Shown piece by piece: positions 39,561 through 48,448 of a DNA stretch of 64,000 nucleotides (within the stretch, counting starts at the first letter, position 1; every line of letters starts with the position of its first letter). The stretch covers positions 19,370 to 83,369 of the forward strand of contig JABMSB010000028.1 of NCBI GenBank assembly GCA_013202205.1. The letters run 5' to 3'. The translations under genes were made by a program, and so were the position numbers. Below the pieces are notes generated by a model, which had not been told where the DNA came from, did no database searches, and saw only the letters and a list, made by a program, of their open reading frames with translations. The stretch comes from Candidatus Omnitrophota bacterium (GTDB lineage Bacteria > Omnitrophota > Gorgyraeia > JABMSB01).

Positions 39561-40160
39561 TTATGCAGATCTCGTTTTACAATCGCTTAAAGCTTCTATG
39601 CCCTTCAGATCTCCCCTTATCTTGGATAAGGTCGTCTTGAGCTGGGCGGGATTTTTACCGCTGCCGAAGTCTTTCTCCAGCCTTTCCAGTTCGACCTTGA
39701 TCAGTTCTGCCGACTTCCTGCCGCTGCCTATAACCGCACTCAGTTTCAGCGTCATCTCATTTATGGCCGCGGCAATCTCCTTCAGCTCATCCCTCTTCCT
39801 TAGGTGGATCTCTTTGCTAAAATCCCCTTTTGCAACAACCTCTCTTAAGAACCTCGCTATGTGGAATGACGGACCGGCGACCCTGTGTGAGAAGAGGATC
39901 CCGAAGATAATAACCACCGGGATCAAAAAGACCAAGCGCTGCATCAGGATCATGTTCGCGGTCTTCAGCATGTATAGAAGCTCTCCCTGCGGGTAGATAC
40001 CTTGGAGGCGGCTGGCCAAAAATCTGAAGCTCGTGTGATATACCGTATAGATCGAGACCGCCCCTACAACGAGTATGAATAATAGCACCTGGAACGTAAA
40101 CTTGTACTGGAATAGGCCCTTCATCAAATATTTTGTTCGCATCTTATGGCTCTTGCTCAT
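39561..40160 (-). CDS. small membrane protein with two TM helices and a HAMP domain, no output domain
   Basis: Hydrophobic segments FTFQVLLFILVVGAVSIY and LVFLIPVVIIFGILF, then HAMP-like SHRVAGPSFHIARFLREVVAKGDFSKEIH...INEMTLKL. Confidence 0.5.
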   Translation of the reverse strand: MSKSHKMRTKYLMKGLFQYKFTFQVLLFILVVGAVSIYTVYHTSFRFLASRLQGIYPQGELLYMLKTANMILMQRLVFLIPVVIIFGILFSHRVAGPSFHIARFLREVVAKGDFSKEIHLRKRDELKEIAAAINEMTLKLSAVIGSGRKSAELIKVELERLEKDFGSGKNPAQLKTTLSKIRGDLKGIEALSDCKTRSA

Positions 40161-40187
40161 GATATACTCCTCCCTGATTTAAGAGAC

Positions 40188-41168
40188 CTAATCCTTACCC
40201 CAAACCGTCACTTCCCTGCGAATCGTCAGGCCTACGTCATCTTTGGCTGCTGCAAGGGTCTTATAGAATTTCTTGATCGGCATATATCGGGTCTGCTCAC
40301 CGTCTATTCTTTCTATATAATCCCCCTCTAAAAGGCCCGCGTTATGCGCGGGGCCTCCCGTCTCAACCCCGGAGACGGTAAGACCTGATATCACATACTT
40401 GAATGAAGCGCCTACCATAAATTTTGGAAACTTGAGTATACGCGGGTTGTCCTTCGTTATGTTTATATGTCGGGAGATATCTAAGTTTATTTCACGATTT
40501 CTTGATCCGGACAGCATCTTTGCGACTTCCTCTGCCGGCATATACCTTAAGGACCTGCCCCATGCGGAGATTACTATATCCCCCTTATTGATACCGGCCT
40601 TATCTACGGGCGACCCTATCAAGACATCGACCACCATAACCCGGCCATCGCCTGTATTCTCTATCTGCATCCCTATTCTTTCGGCAACCAGTTGTTTCTC
40701 TTCCTCTGAGAGGTGCCCTCTTACATTTTTTTGCGAATCTAAAAACTCATCCCAATCGAGCAATGCCGCGCTCCCGGAAACAGATTCGAGCGCCCTGAAT
40801 TTCGCTTCTTTAAATAGAGATGCCTGCGCAAGTAGAAACCTCTCCTGGGCCTCTTTTGAGTCGGGAACCAGCTCCTTCGCCTTGGCATAATACTGTAAAG
40901 CTGTCCCGAAATCGTTATTGTCCACATACATGTCGCCGAGCATCACCAGATTCTTGTCAGGCCTATCATATACGATCCTCTCTATTCGGGCCTTAAGCAG
41001 GCTTACCTCTCCCTTAGGCGTTGACAATACAACGCGATCATAATGGTCTTCGACTACTATCCCCTTGACGGACAGGCCATTACGGAGCCGTATCTCATCA
41101 GCCGAAGACGATTCGGCCGTTATTATAAATACCGCAACGAGCAATAGGAATACGGCAAAATTTTTCAT
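40188..41168 (-). CDS. periplasmic protein with two PDZ domains and a TPR-like spacer
   Basis: Start called at the internal Met (MKNFAVFLLLVAVFIITAESSSA signal peptide). PDZ-like GLSVKGIVVED and GDGRVMVVDVLIGSPVDKAGINKGDIV / GLTVSGVETGGPAHNAGLLEGDYI. Confidence 0.6.
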   Translation of the reverse strand: MKNFAVFLLLVAVFIITAESSSADEIRLRNGLSVKGIVVEDHYDRVVLSTPKGEVSLLKARIERIVYDRPDKNLVMLGDMYVDNNDFGTALQYYAKAKELVPDSKEAQERFLLAQASLFKEAKFRALESVSGSAALLDWDEFLDSQKNVRGHLSEEEKQLVAERIGMQIENTGDGRVMVVDVLIGSPVDKAGINKGDIVISAWGRSLRYMPAEEVAKMLSGSRNREINLDISRHINITKDNPRILKFPKFMVGASFKYVISGLTVSGVETGGPAHNAGLLEGDYIERIDGEQTRYMPIKKFYKTLAAAKDDVGLTIRREVTVWGKD

Positions 41169-41188
41169 ATTTCTCAATATCTCTCTTC

Positions 41189-42373
41189 TTATCTCTTCGC
41201 CTTTTCGTATGCCTTTTTGGCCTCTTCGTAGACCTCCATGAGGGCCAAACCCTTTGATCTGGCTATGCGCTTGCAATCCTCATATTCGGGCATGATCTTG
41301 GGTTTCTTTAATCCGCTGCCATCGGCAGATTTTATGTGGACCATGCCAAAAGGCGTACGCACGGATGATATCGTCCTCTTCAATTTCCTGCGCAATTGGT
41401 TGCGAGTCCTTATGCCCAACGTTGTCGTCTCTTTGAATATTATGGAGGATATCTTATCCTCTAAGTCCTTCTCAGCTAAAACGGTTAGTAGTATCGCCGG
41501 CCTCGACTTCTTCATGAGGACCGGCGTAGTATAGACATCGAGCGCTCCGGCAGCAAAGAGGCTGTCGAAAAGATATTCAAAACTGACGGGCACCATATCA
41601 TCCACGTTGGCCTCAAAGACTACTACCTCATCGGACTCATAGGAAACCTTCGTATCGCCCAGGACCGCCCTTAATAGATTAGGCCTCGATTCCAGCTGCC
41701 GCTCACCTGCGCCATAGCCTATTCTCTTAATCTCTATGGGAGGGGGCTGGGAAAAACTGTCTACGATTGTCTTTAATATTGCCGCGCCTGTAGGGGTAGT
41801 AAGTTCGTGGGGTTCATCAGAGTAGCGTACGGGAAGGCCTTTGAGCAATTCTATTGTTGCCGGGGCGGGTATAGGCATACTGCCTGCATCAGTCTCGATT
41901 AATCCCCTACCTACCGAGATCTCGCCCGAATATATCTTATCAACGCCGAGGGAAGAGACCGCTATGGCTGCGCCTGTTATATCGACTATGGAATCTGCTT
42001 CTCCTACTTCATGGAGGTGCAGGTCCCTTTTGCTCTTGCCGTGGACCTTGGCCTCTGCATCACCAATAGCTTCAAAAATATCACAGGCAAGTCTCTTCGC
42101 CTCATCTTTTATGCGGCTCGCCCTTATGCGTGATAGTATCTTCTTTAGATCTGTATGGCCACCCTTCTTCTTTCTATCCTTCTCGATAACATCGAGCTTA
42201 ATGCCGTTTATGCTCCCGCGGGATACGCTCCTCGTCCTTATATCTATACCTTTAAACCCAAGGCTCTTTATCTGAGCGCGCAACGCCCTCGCATCCACGC
42301 CCAGATCGATCAAGGCACCCAAAAACATATCCCCGCTGACACCGGAGAATGGGTCTATATGCAATATCTTCAT
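41189..42373 (-). CDS. larC: nickel-pincer cofactor biosynthesis protein LarC (DUF111 nickel insertase family)
   Basis: MKILHIDPFSGVSGDMFLGALIDLGVD is the LarC/DUF111 N-terminus. 394 aa. Confidence 0.75.
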   Translation of the reverse strand: MKILHIDPFSGVSGDMFLGALIDLGVDARALRAQIKSLGFKGIDIRTRSVSRGSINGIKLDVIEKDRKKKGGHTDLKKILSRIRASRIKDEAKRLACDIFEAIGDAEAKVHGKSKRDLHLHEVGEADSIVDITGAAIAVSSLGVDKIYSGEISVGRGLIETDAGSMPIPAPATIELLKGLPVRYSDEPHELTTPTGAAILKTIVDSFSQPPPIEIKRIGYGAGERQLESRPNLLRAVLGDTKVSYESDEVVVFEANVDDMVPVSFEYLFDSLFAAGALDVYTTPVLMKKSRPAILLTVLAEKDLEDKISSIIFKETTTLGIRTRNQLRRKLKRTISSVRTPFGMVHIKSADGSGLKKPKIMPEYEDCKRIARSKGLALMEVYEEAKKAYEKAKR

Positions 42374-42380
42374 ATCGCCT

Positions 42381-43157
42381 CTATCGATTGATTAAACTGG
42401 CAAAATAGCCTGCGCCAAAACCATTATCTATATTCATTACCGCAATTCCCGGAGAACACGAATTGAGCATAGTAAGGAGCGGCGCTATGCCCTTAAAACT
42501 CGCGCCATATCCGACACTGGTCGGAACGGCTATGATGGGCCGGTCTACCAAACCGCTTACTACACTCGGTAACGCCCCTTCCATTCCGGCAACTACGATA
42601 ATGACTTCGGCGCGTCTTATCACGCCGCGCTGCTTCAGCAACCTGTGTATGCCTGCTACCCCGACATCATAAAGCACGGATACCCTCTCGCCCATCATGT
42701 CGAGCGTAACCTTTGCCTCTTCCGCTACCGGTATATCACTTGTACCTGCTGTGATTATTAAGATCTCGCCTCTTCTCTTCTTTTGGCGATTCTCTTTTGG
42801 TAAGCGGTAGATAGCCCGCGCCGGCTTGTTGTACTTCAGGGATCTGTGTTTTCTGCGAAGCCGCCTGTAGATATCTTCTGAGGCGCGGGTTATAAATAAG
42901 GGGTCGCCTTTTTTTAATATCGCATCGGATATGATCTCGATCTGCCGGAGGGTCTTGCCCTCGGCATATATGACCTCCGGAAACCCGCGCCTGAGGCACC
43001 TATGGTGGTCTATCTTGGCAAACCCCACATCTTCATAGGGCAGCCTTTCGAGATACCGTAATACCTCCTGCTTGTTCAATCGTCCGGCGCATAAATCATC
43101 CACCACCCCTCCGGCCTTAACCGCAGAATGGCGAGTCCTCTTTCGTCTTTTAACCAT
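42381..43157 (-). CDS. larB: nickel-pincer cofactor biosynthesis protein LarB (PurE-like carboxylase/hydrolase)
   Basis: PurE-like core ILIITAGTSDIPVAEEAKVTLDMMG ... VIIVVAGMEGALPSVVSGL with the LarB-type N-terminal extension. Confidence 0.75.
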   Translation of the reverse strand: MVKRRKRTRHSAVKAGGVVDDLCAGRLNKQEVLRYLERLPYEDVGFAKIDHHRCLRRGFPEVIYAEGKTLRQIEIISDAILKKGDPLFITRASEDIYRRLRRKHRSLKYNKPARAIYRLPKENRQKKRRGEILIITAGTSDIPVAEEAKVTLDMMGERVSVLYDVGVAGIHRLLKQRGVIRRAEVIIVVAGMEGALPSVVSGLVDRPIIAVPTSVGYGASFKGIAPLLTMLNSCSPGIAVMNIDNGFGAGYFASLINR

Positions 43158-43167
43158 AGACCTCTTT

Positions 43168-43518
43168 TTAAACCTTACCTACAAAAGTGACTATGAATAC
43201 CAGCAGGGCAGCTATTACAAGGGTTGAGACTATATAGAAATCGTTGAAATATAAAAAATCTTTAAGCTTCTCAAAGAAGTCGCCTGCTTCATCCACACCC
43301 GGACTGCGCCAATCCGCAAGTTTCTGCTCATCAGCCTTTGAGCTGGGTACAAGAAACCGCTGGCGCGCCAACTCAACCTGTTCCCTGCGAAAGCGCAGAA
43401 ACATGCCGCCTATCTTATATGCGGGAAACTTTCCTTCATTGACCAACTCCTCGATCTCGCCTTCGCTGATCCCCAGATAGTCAGAGACTTCTTTTAAGGT
43501 AAGTAACTTTTCATTCAT
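43168..43518 (-). CDS. excisionase/MerR-type HTH (HTH_17) DNA-binding protein with C-terminal transmembrane anchor
   Basis: LLTLKEVSDYLGISEGEIEELVNEGKFPAYKIGGMFLRF is an HTH_17 pattern. The C-terminal FYIVSTLVIAALLVFIVTFVG is a TM helix. Confidence 0.55.
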   Translation of the reverse strand: MNEKLLTLKEVSDYLGISEGEIEELVNEGKFPAYKIGGMFLRFRREQVELARQRFLVPSSKADEQKLADWRSPGVDEAGDFFEKLKDFLYFNDFYIVSTLVIAALLVFIVTFVGKV

Positions 43519-43533
43519 AGGATACCCCTTATA

Positions 43534-44088
43534 TTACCTTATCTTCTCACTGGCTACCCATTCATCGATCTTCGTCTTGTCGAAACGCCAGCCATCTTCA
43601 CGTTTTATAGCCGGTAACCTGCCTCCTGCAGCCCACTCATCGACCATCGTCCTATCGACTTCCAGGTACCTGGCTATTTCATCGGTCGTCATCCAGGAAG
43701 GAGCAGGTGCCGCCTCGCCCTTCTTTCCGGAGACCATGGAACAATGGCCCTCTAAGACAGACCCTTGCTCTACACTTAGCACCGGTGTCGTCAAGTCCCC
43801 AACGACATAAGAAGGAGAGACCAGGCTCAGGCTCTTGGTGGCCACAACATTCCCCGCGACCCTTCCCGCGATAGTTATGTTCTCACCGTTTATATCGGCG
43901 TTTACGACAGCCCTCTCGCCTATCGTCAAACTTCCCTTGGTGTCCAGGTTCCCGTCAAATTTGCCGTTTATCCTCAAATTTACAGGATCCTTAAATGTCA
44001 TGCTACCCTGCATTGTTGCATCAACATCCAATACCTTCTCCCTTGGCTCTTCCTGCACTTCTTTGTTTCTTCTACGCATCACTATCAC
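43534..44088 (-). CDS. bactofilin-domain protein fused to a C-terminal excisionase-type HTH (HTH_17)
   Basis: Beta-helical bactofilin repeats (LRINGKFDGNLDTKGSLTIGERAVVNADINGENITIAGRVAGNVVATKSLSL...) followed by MTTDEIARYLEVDRTMVDEWAAGGRLPAIKREDGWRF. The start may be a few codons downstream. Confidence 0.6.
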   Translation of the reverse strand: MIVMRRRNKEVQEEPREKVLDVDATMQGSMTFKDPVNLRINGKFDGNLDTKGSLTIGERAVVNADINGENITIAGRVAGNVVATKSLSLVSPSYVVGDLTTPVLSVEQGSVLEGHCSMVSGKKGEAAPAPSWMTTDEIARYLEVDRTMVDEWAAGGRLPAIKREDGWRFDKTKIDEWVASEKIR

Positions 44089-44554
44089 CTCCCTTTTGGC
44101 CTTCTATTCTATATAAGTTATGTTTCATCATCCACTTCTCCACATGCGAGAAGAAGACGAGCGTAACTAAGACTAAGGCCGTTACGACAACAGCGGCCGT
44201 CATAAATCCTACTCCCGTTGCCAGTCCGATAGCGGCTACCGTCCACAAACTGGCAGCCGTTGTTAAGCCTCGTACGGTCGCCTTAAATCGTATGATCGTA
44301 CCCGCCCCAAAAAAACCTATTCCCATCACAACGCCGGCGGCAATCCTTGAAGGGTCACAAGTGCCTGACTGTCCATAAACCCTGGCAACCTCAATCGATG
44401 TCATCATGATAAGCGCTGAGCTGATACATACGAGTATGTGTGTACGTAAACCAGCCGCCCTACCATGCTGCTCCCTCTCTAATCCTATAACTCCTCCTAG
44501 TATCATCGCTACTATCAAACGTAGCGCAACATCACCTAATGATAACATAATCAC
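44072..44554 (-). CDS. mgtC: MgtC/SapB family membrane protein
   Basis: LGGVIGLEREQHGRAAGLRTHILVCISSALIMM is the MgtC signature. Confidence 0.8.
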   Translation of the reverse strand: MIMLSLGDVALRLIVAMILGGVIGLEREQHGRAAGLRTHILVCISSALIMMTSIEVARVYGQSGTCDPSRIAAGVVMGIGFFGAGTIIRFKATVRGLTTAASLWTVAAIGLATGVGFMTAAVVVTALVLVTLVFFSHVEKWMMKHNLYRIEGQKGGDSDA

Positions 44555-44587
44555 CTCCGCCTCTTTGGCACACTGAAGTGCGCCCTA

Positions 44588-45619
44588 CTATATCCCCATA
44601 TCCGGTATCGCGGTTATGTCGAAAGCTGACCTCACCCCTTTTTTATATAAAGCCTCACCGAAACCGGCAATCATACTGGCATTGTCAGTACACATCTCCT
44701 TAGGAGAAAGCCATAAACTGATACCTTCTGCTTCTGTGGACTCGGCTAAACCTTTGCGTAATGCGCCGTTTGCGCTGACACCTCCACCGACCATGAGACT
44801 ATCTGCGCCTTTTCTGTTGCAGGCAGCTATCGCCTTGTTTATCAGCACTTCGCATACTGCCGATTGAAAGGCGTGGCATATCTCGTTTATCTGATTCTGC
44901 CATTGGACACCGCCTCTTTTCTTGTGGTCACGCACATAGTAGAGAACTGATGTCTTTATGCCGCTAAAACTAAAATCCAAAGAATTTGGACCCAGATACG
45001 ACCTTGGAAATCGCATCTCGGCTGATTTGACCTTGGCTGCCCTCTCCTCGATTATCGGCCCTCCGGGATAACCGAGATTCATGATCTTGGCTACTTTATC
45101 AAAGGCTTCACCGGCTGCATCATCATGGGTTTGGCCAAGGATTGTATAATGATCGACCGCCTCCGCGTATATAAGGCTGGTGTGGCCTCCTGAAACCACT
45201 AATCCTACAAAAGGGAATCGAACCTTTGTTCCATTCATAAAATTGGCATAGAGGTGGGCGATGACGTGATTTACTCCTATAAGCGGCACGCTAAGGGAGA
45301 GTGCCAGTGCTTTTGCAAATGCGATACCCACAAGTAGAGACCCGGGTAGCCCGGGCCCCTGCGTTACCGATATGAGTTCTATATCTTTCAGCGCGACACC
45401 GCCTTCATCGAGCGCCTCTTTCAATACATAACTTATCGACTCTACATGTGAACGCGACGCGATCTCAGGTATGATACCGCCAAAGGCCTTATGAAATTTT
45501 ACGCTGGAAGCAATAGCGCCTGATAAAACCTCCCCTTCGTCAACAACGGATATCGCCGTCTCATCACATGATGTCTCAATGCCCAGAGTCAACACTATAC
45601 AGCCTCCCTTTTTAATCAC
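44588..45619 (-). CDS. tsaD: tRNA N6-adenosine threonylcarbamoyltransferase
   Basis: LTLGIETSCDETAISVV ... Kae1/TsaD family. Confidence 0.9.
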   Translation of the reverse strand: MIKKGGCIVLTLGIETSCDETAISVVDEGEVLSGAIASSVKFHKAFGGIIPEIASRSHVESISYVLKEALDEGGVALKDIELISVTQGPGLPGSLLVGIAFAKALALSLSVPLIGVNHVIAHLYANFMNGTKVRFPFVGLVVSGGHTSLIYAEAVDHYTILGQTHDDAAGEAFDKVAKIMNLGYPGGPIIEERAAKVKSAEMRFPRSYLGPNSLDFSFSGIKTSVLYYVRDHKKRGGVQWQNQINEICHAFQSAVCEVLINKAIAACNRKGADSLMVGGGVSANGALRKGLAESTEAEGISLWLSPKEMCTDNASMIAGFGEALYKKGVRSAFDITAIPDMGI

Positions 45620-45628
45620 CTGAAGGTG

Positions 45629-47008
45629 CTATGACGATATTTTCTTTTCGTAAACCTTAATGCCTTTGATAAGGTCTATCGCCCTCAAGAGCTGGCTATC
45701 GTAGACCTCTTTCTCTTCCAGCTCTATATCCTTGCCTTCTGAATCGTCTGCCTTTTCTTCATCCTCTTTTTCCGCCTTCGTATCCGATTCCCCTTCGTCC
45801 TTCTTCTTATCCTTGGGGATAGCGTATTCCTTCAGTTTTTCAAATATATTTTCACTCTTCTTATTCTCGATGGGCTTATATGACTCCTCTTCTACCACAA
45901 TATCAGGTATTATGCCCTCACCCATTATAGATCGGCCGCTGGGTGTAAAATATTTGGCTGTAGTAAGCCTCAGGGCTGAACCGTCTCCAAGCGGCATGAC
46001 GGTCTGTACCGATGCCTTGCCGAAAGACTTCTTTCCCAATATAATACCGCGGTCATTATCCTGCATTGCACCCGCTACGATTTCGGAAGCACTGGCAGAA
46101 CCTTCATTGACCAATACGATCAATGGCTGGGAAGCATATGTACCCCGCTTGTGAGCGCGAAATTCCATATTCTGGGACTTTCGTCTGCCCTTGGTATATA
46201 CTATCAGCTTGCCTTCTTCAAGAAACTTATCGGCTACCTTAGCGGCAACATCCAGCAACCCGCCGGGATTATTCCGCAAGTCGAGGATTATGCTATCCAT
46301 CCCCTCATCTTCTAAAGCTTTAAGCGCTTTGCTTAAATCCTCCGGCGTATTTTCCTGAAATTCAACAAGCTTTATATACCCTATATTACTCTCAAGAATC
46401 CGCGACTCCTTTATAGATTTTATCTCTATTATGCCGCGCGTTACCGTAATGTCGAGTATCCTTCTCTCCTTCTCGCGCAAAACCATCAACTCGACCTTTG
46501 AACCGGGCTCCCCGCGCAACTTCTTAACCGCGTCTATAAGCGTAACGTCTTTGGTCGACTCACCATCTATCTTGACTATACGATCACCTGCCTTGAGGCC
46601 TGCCTTGTCAGCCGGAGTATCGGCAATAGGCGTTATTACCGTAAGGAGGTTGTCTTTGATGGAGATCTCGATCCCTAAGCCGCCAAATTTCCCGGAGGTA
46701 TCTACCTTCATCTCCTTGTAGGTGTCGGGATCCAAGAATTGACTGTAAGGGTCTAGCGATGCGAGCATTCCGCGCAAAGCGCCATATATGATATCCTTTG
46801 ACTTGGCTTCTTCGACATATTCGCTTCTAACCAGTGACACCGCATCTGAGAAGATCTCTATCTCTTTATAAATATCATCCTTCTCAGTTTTTGGCTGTGC
46901 GCAGATACCGCTGCCTACAGTTAACCCCAATATCAACAATCCACCTATCACATATAATAGTACTCGCGATCGAATCATCATCTCCTCCTTAGTATTATAA
47001 AATGTCAA
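45629..47008 (-). CDS. ctpA: carboxy-terminal processing protease (S41 family) with PDZ domain
   Basis: Signal peptide, PDZ segment, and S41 catalytic region (LVNEGSASASEIVAGAMQD). Confidence 0.8.
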   Translation of the reverse strand: MTFYNTKEEMMIRSRVLLYVIGGLLILGLTVGSGICAQPKTEKDDIYKEIEIFSDAVSLVRSEYVEEAKSKDIIYGALRGMLASLDPYSQFLDPDTYKEMKVDTSGKFGGLGIEISIKDNLLTVITPIADTPADKAGLKAGDRIVKIDGESTKDVTLIDAVKKLRGEPGSKVELMVLREKERRILDITVTRGIIEIKSIKESRILESNIGYIKLVEFQENTPEDLSKALKALEDEGMDSIILDLRNNPGGLLDVAAKVADKFLEEGKLIVYTKGRRKSQNMEFRAHKRGTYASQPLIVLVNEGSASASEIVAGAMQDNDRGIILGKKSFGKASVQTVMPLGDGSALRLTTAKYFTPSGRSIMGEGIIPDIVVEEESYKPIENKKSENIFEKLKEYAIPKDKKKDEGESDTKAEKEDEEKADDSEGKDIELEEKEVYDSQLLRAIDLIKGIKVYEKKISS

Positions 47009-48435
47009 CCTTCTAACTTTTTCCTCAATATCTCATTCACCAATTTCGGGTTGGCTTTGCCTTTTGTCTTCTGCATCACCTGGCCCACAAGATACGCTAT
47101 TGCACCCTTCTTGCCGCGACGATACTCTTCAACGACCTCTCCATTCTCTTCCATGGCCTTCCCGACAAGATCTTCCAATTGCGGCTTGTCTGAGATCTGC
47201 GTAAGCCCTTTTGCGCTTACCAGGTCTTTGGGCGCCTTGCCTTCCTGTATGGCCTCTGCCAAAATAGACTTCGCCATCTTGCCGCTTATCGATCCGTCGT
47301 CTATCATCTTCAGCATCCCAATAAAATCGGCCGGATCCATCTCGCACTGTGAGATAGACTCTAGGCCCTTCTCTTTGAGGGCAGCCGTAAAGTCCCCCAT
47401 GAGCCAATTTGCCACAACCTTAGGCTTATCATACAACTTTATGCACCCTTCAAAGTAATCTGCCATCTCCTTTTCAGAAGTTATAACGCCGGCATCATAT
47501 TCAGAGAGCCCAATCTCTTTGATGAAACGCGCCCGTTTTGCCTGTGGTAACTCAGGCAAGGCGCTCCTTACTTCTTGTATGGTCTTATCAGTGATTACGA
47601 ACGGCACGAGATCCGGTTCGGGAAAATAACGGTAGTCGTGCGCTTCTTCCTTTGAGCGCATGGAGACCGTAACTTCTTTATCGGGATCCCATAGCCTCGT
47701 CTCCTGGACTACCCTTTCAGAGTTAGACAGGAGCTCCTCCTGTCTTTGGACTTCATATGATAGGGCGCCGCGTACAGCCTTAAAGGAGTTTACATTCTTG
47801 ACCTCTGCCTTAGTGCCAAGCTCTTCGGAACCTTTTGGCTTCAATGAGATATTCGCGTCACAGCGGAGGCTCCCCTCTTCCATATTACAATCGGAGACTT
47901 CCAGGTATCTCAGTATCTCTTTAAGTGCGGTAAGGTATCTGTACGCCTCCTCGGGCGAATTGATATCGGGTTCGCTTACTATCTCAAGGAGCGGCGTCCC
48001 GCATCGGTTGAAATCGACTAAGCTGGCTTCTTTTTCATGGACCAGTTTGCCCGCATCCTCCTCCATGTGCACCCGTCTTATCCTTATGCGTTTGCGCGAT
48101 CCGTCTTCAACGTCTATCTCAAGGAGACCATCTTTAGCCAGGGGTAAATCATATTGTGATATCTGAAAATTTTTGGGCAGGTCAGGGTAAAAATAGTTCT
48201 TTCTGTCGAATTTGATGAATTTTGAAACCGTACAGCCCAGCGCCAGGGCTGACCGCAGGCTCAGGTCGAGCACCCCCTTATTAAAAACCGGCAAGACACC
48301 CGGAAACCCTAAACAGACAGGACATGTTTGGCTGTTCGGCGAATTGCCAAAGGTTGTACTGCAGCCGCAAAATATCTTAGTCTTTGTGTTGAGCTGCAGG
48401 TGAACTTCAAGCCCTATGACTATATCATATTTCAT
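47005..48435 (-). CDS. gatB: Asp-tRNA(Asn)/Glu-tRNA(Gln) amidotransferase subunit B
   Basis: MKYDIVIGLEVHLQLNTKTKIFCGCS... Confidence 0.9.
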   Translation of the reverse strand: MKYDIVIGLEVHLQLNTKTKIFCGCSTTFGNSPNSQTCPVCLGFPGVLPVFNKGVLDLSLRSALALGCTVSKFIKFDRKNYFYPDLPKNFQISQYDLPLAKDGLLEIDVEDGSRKRIRIRRVHMEEDAGKLVHEKEASLVDFNRCGTPLLEIVSEPDINSPEEAYRYLTALKEILRYLEVSDCNMEEGSLRCDANISLKPKGSEELGTKAEVKNVNSFKAVRGALSYEVQRQEELLSNSERVVQETRLWDPDKEVTVSMRSKEEAHDYRYFPEPDLVPFVITDKTIQEVRSALPELPQAKRARFIKEIGLSEYDAGVITSEKEMADYFEGCIKLYDKPKVVANWLMGDFTAALKEKGLESISQCEMDPADFIGMLKMIDDGSISGKMAKSILAEAIQEGKAPKDLVSAKGLTQISDKPQLEDLVGKAMEENGEVVEEYRRGKKGAIAYLVGQVMQKTKGKANPKLVNEILRKKLEG

Positions 48436-48448
48436 GCTGAATTGATCC

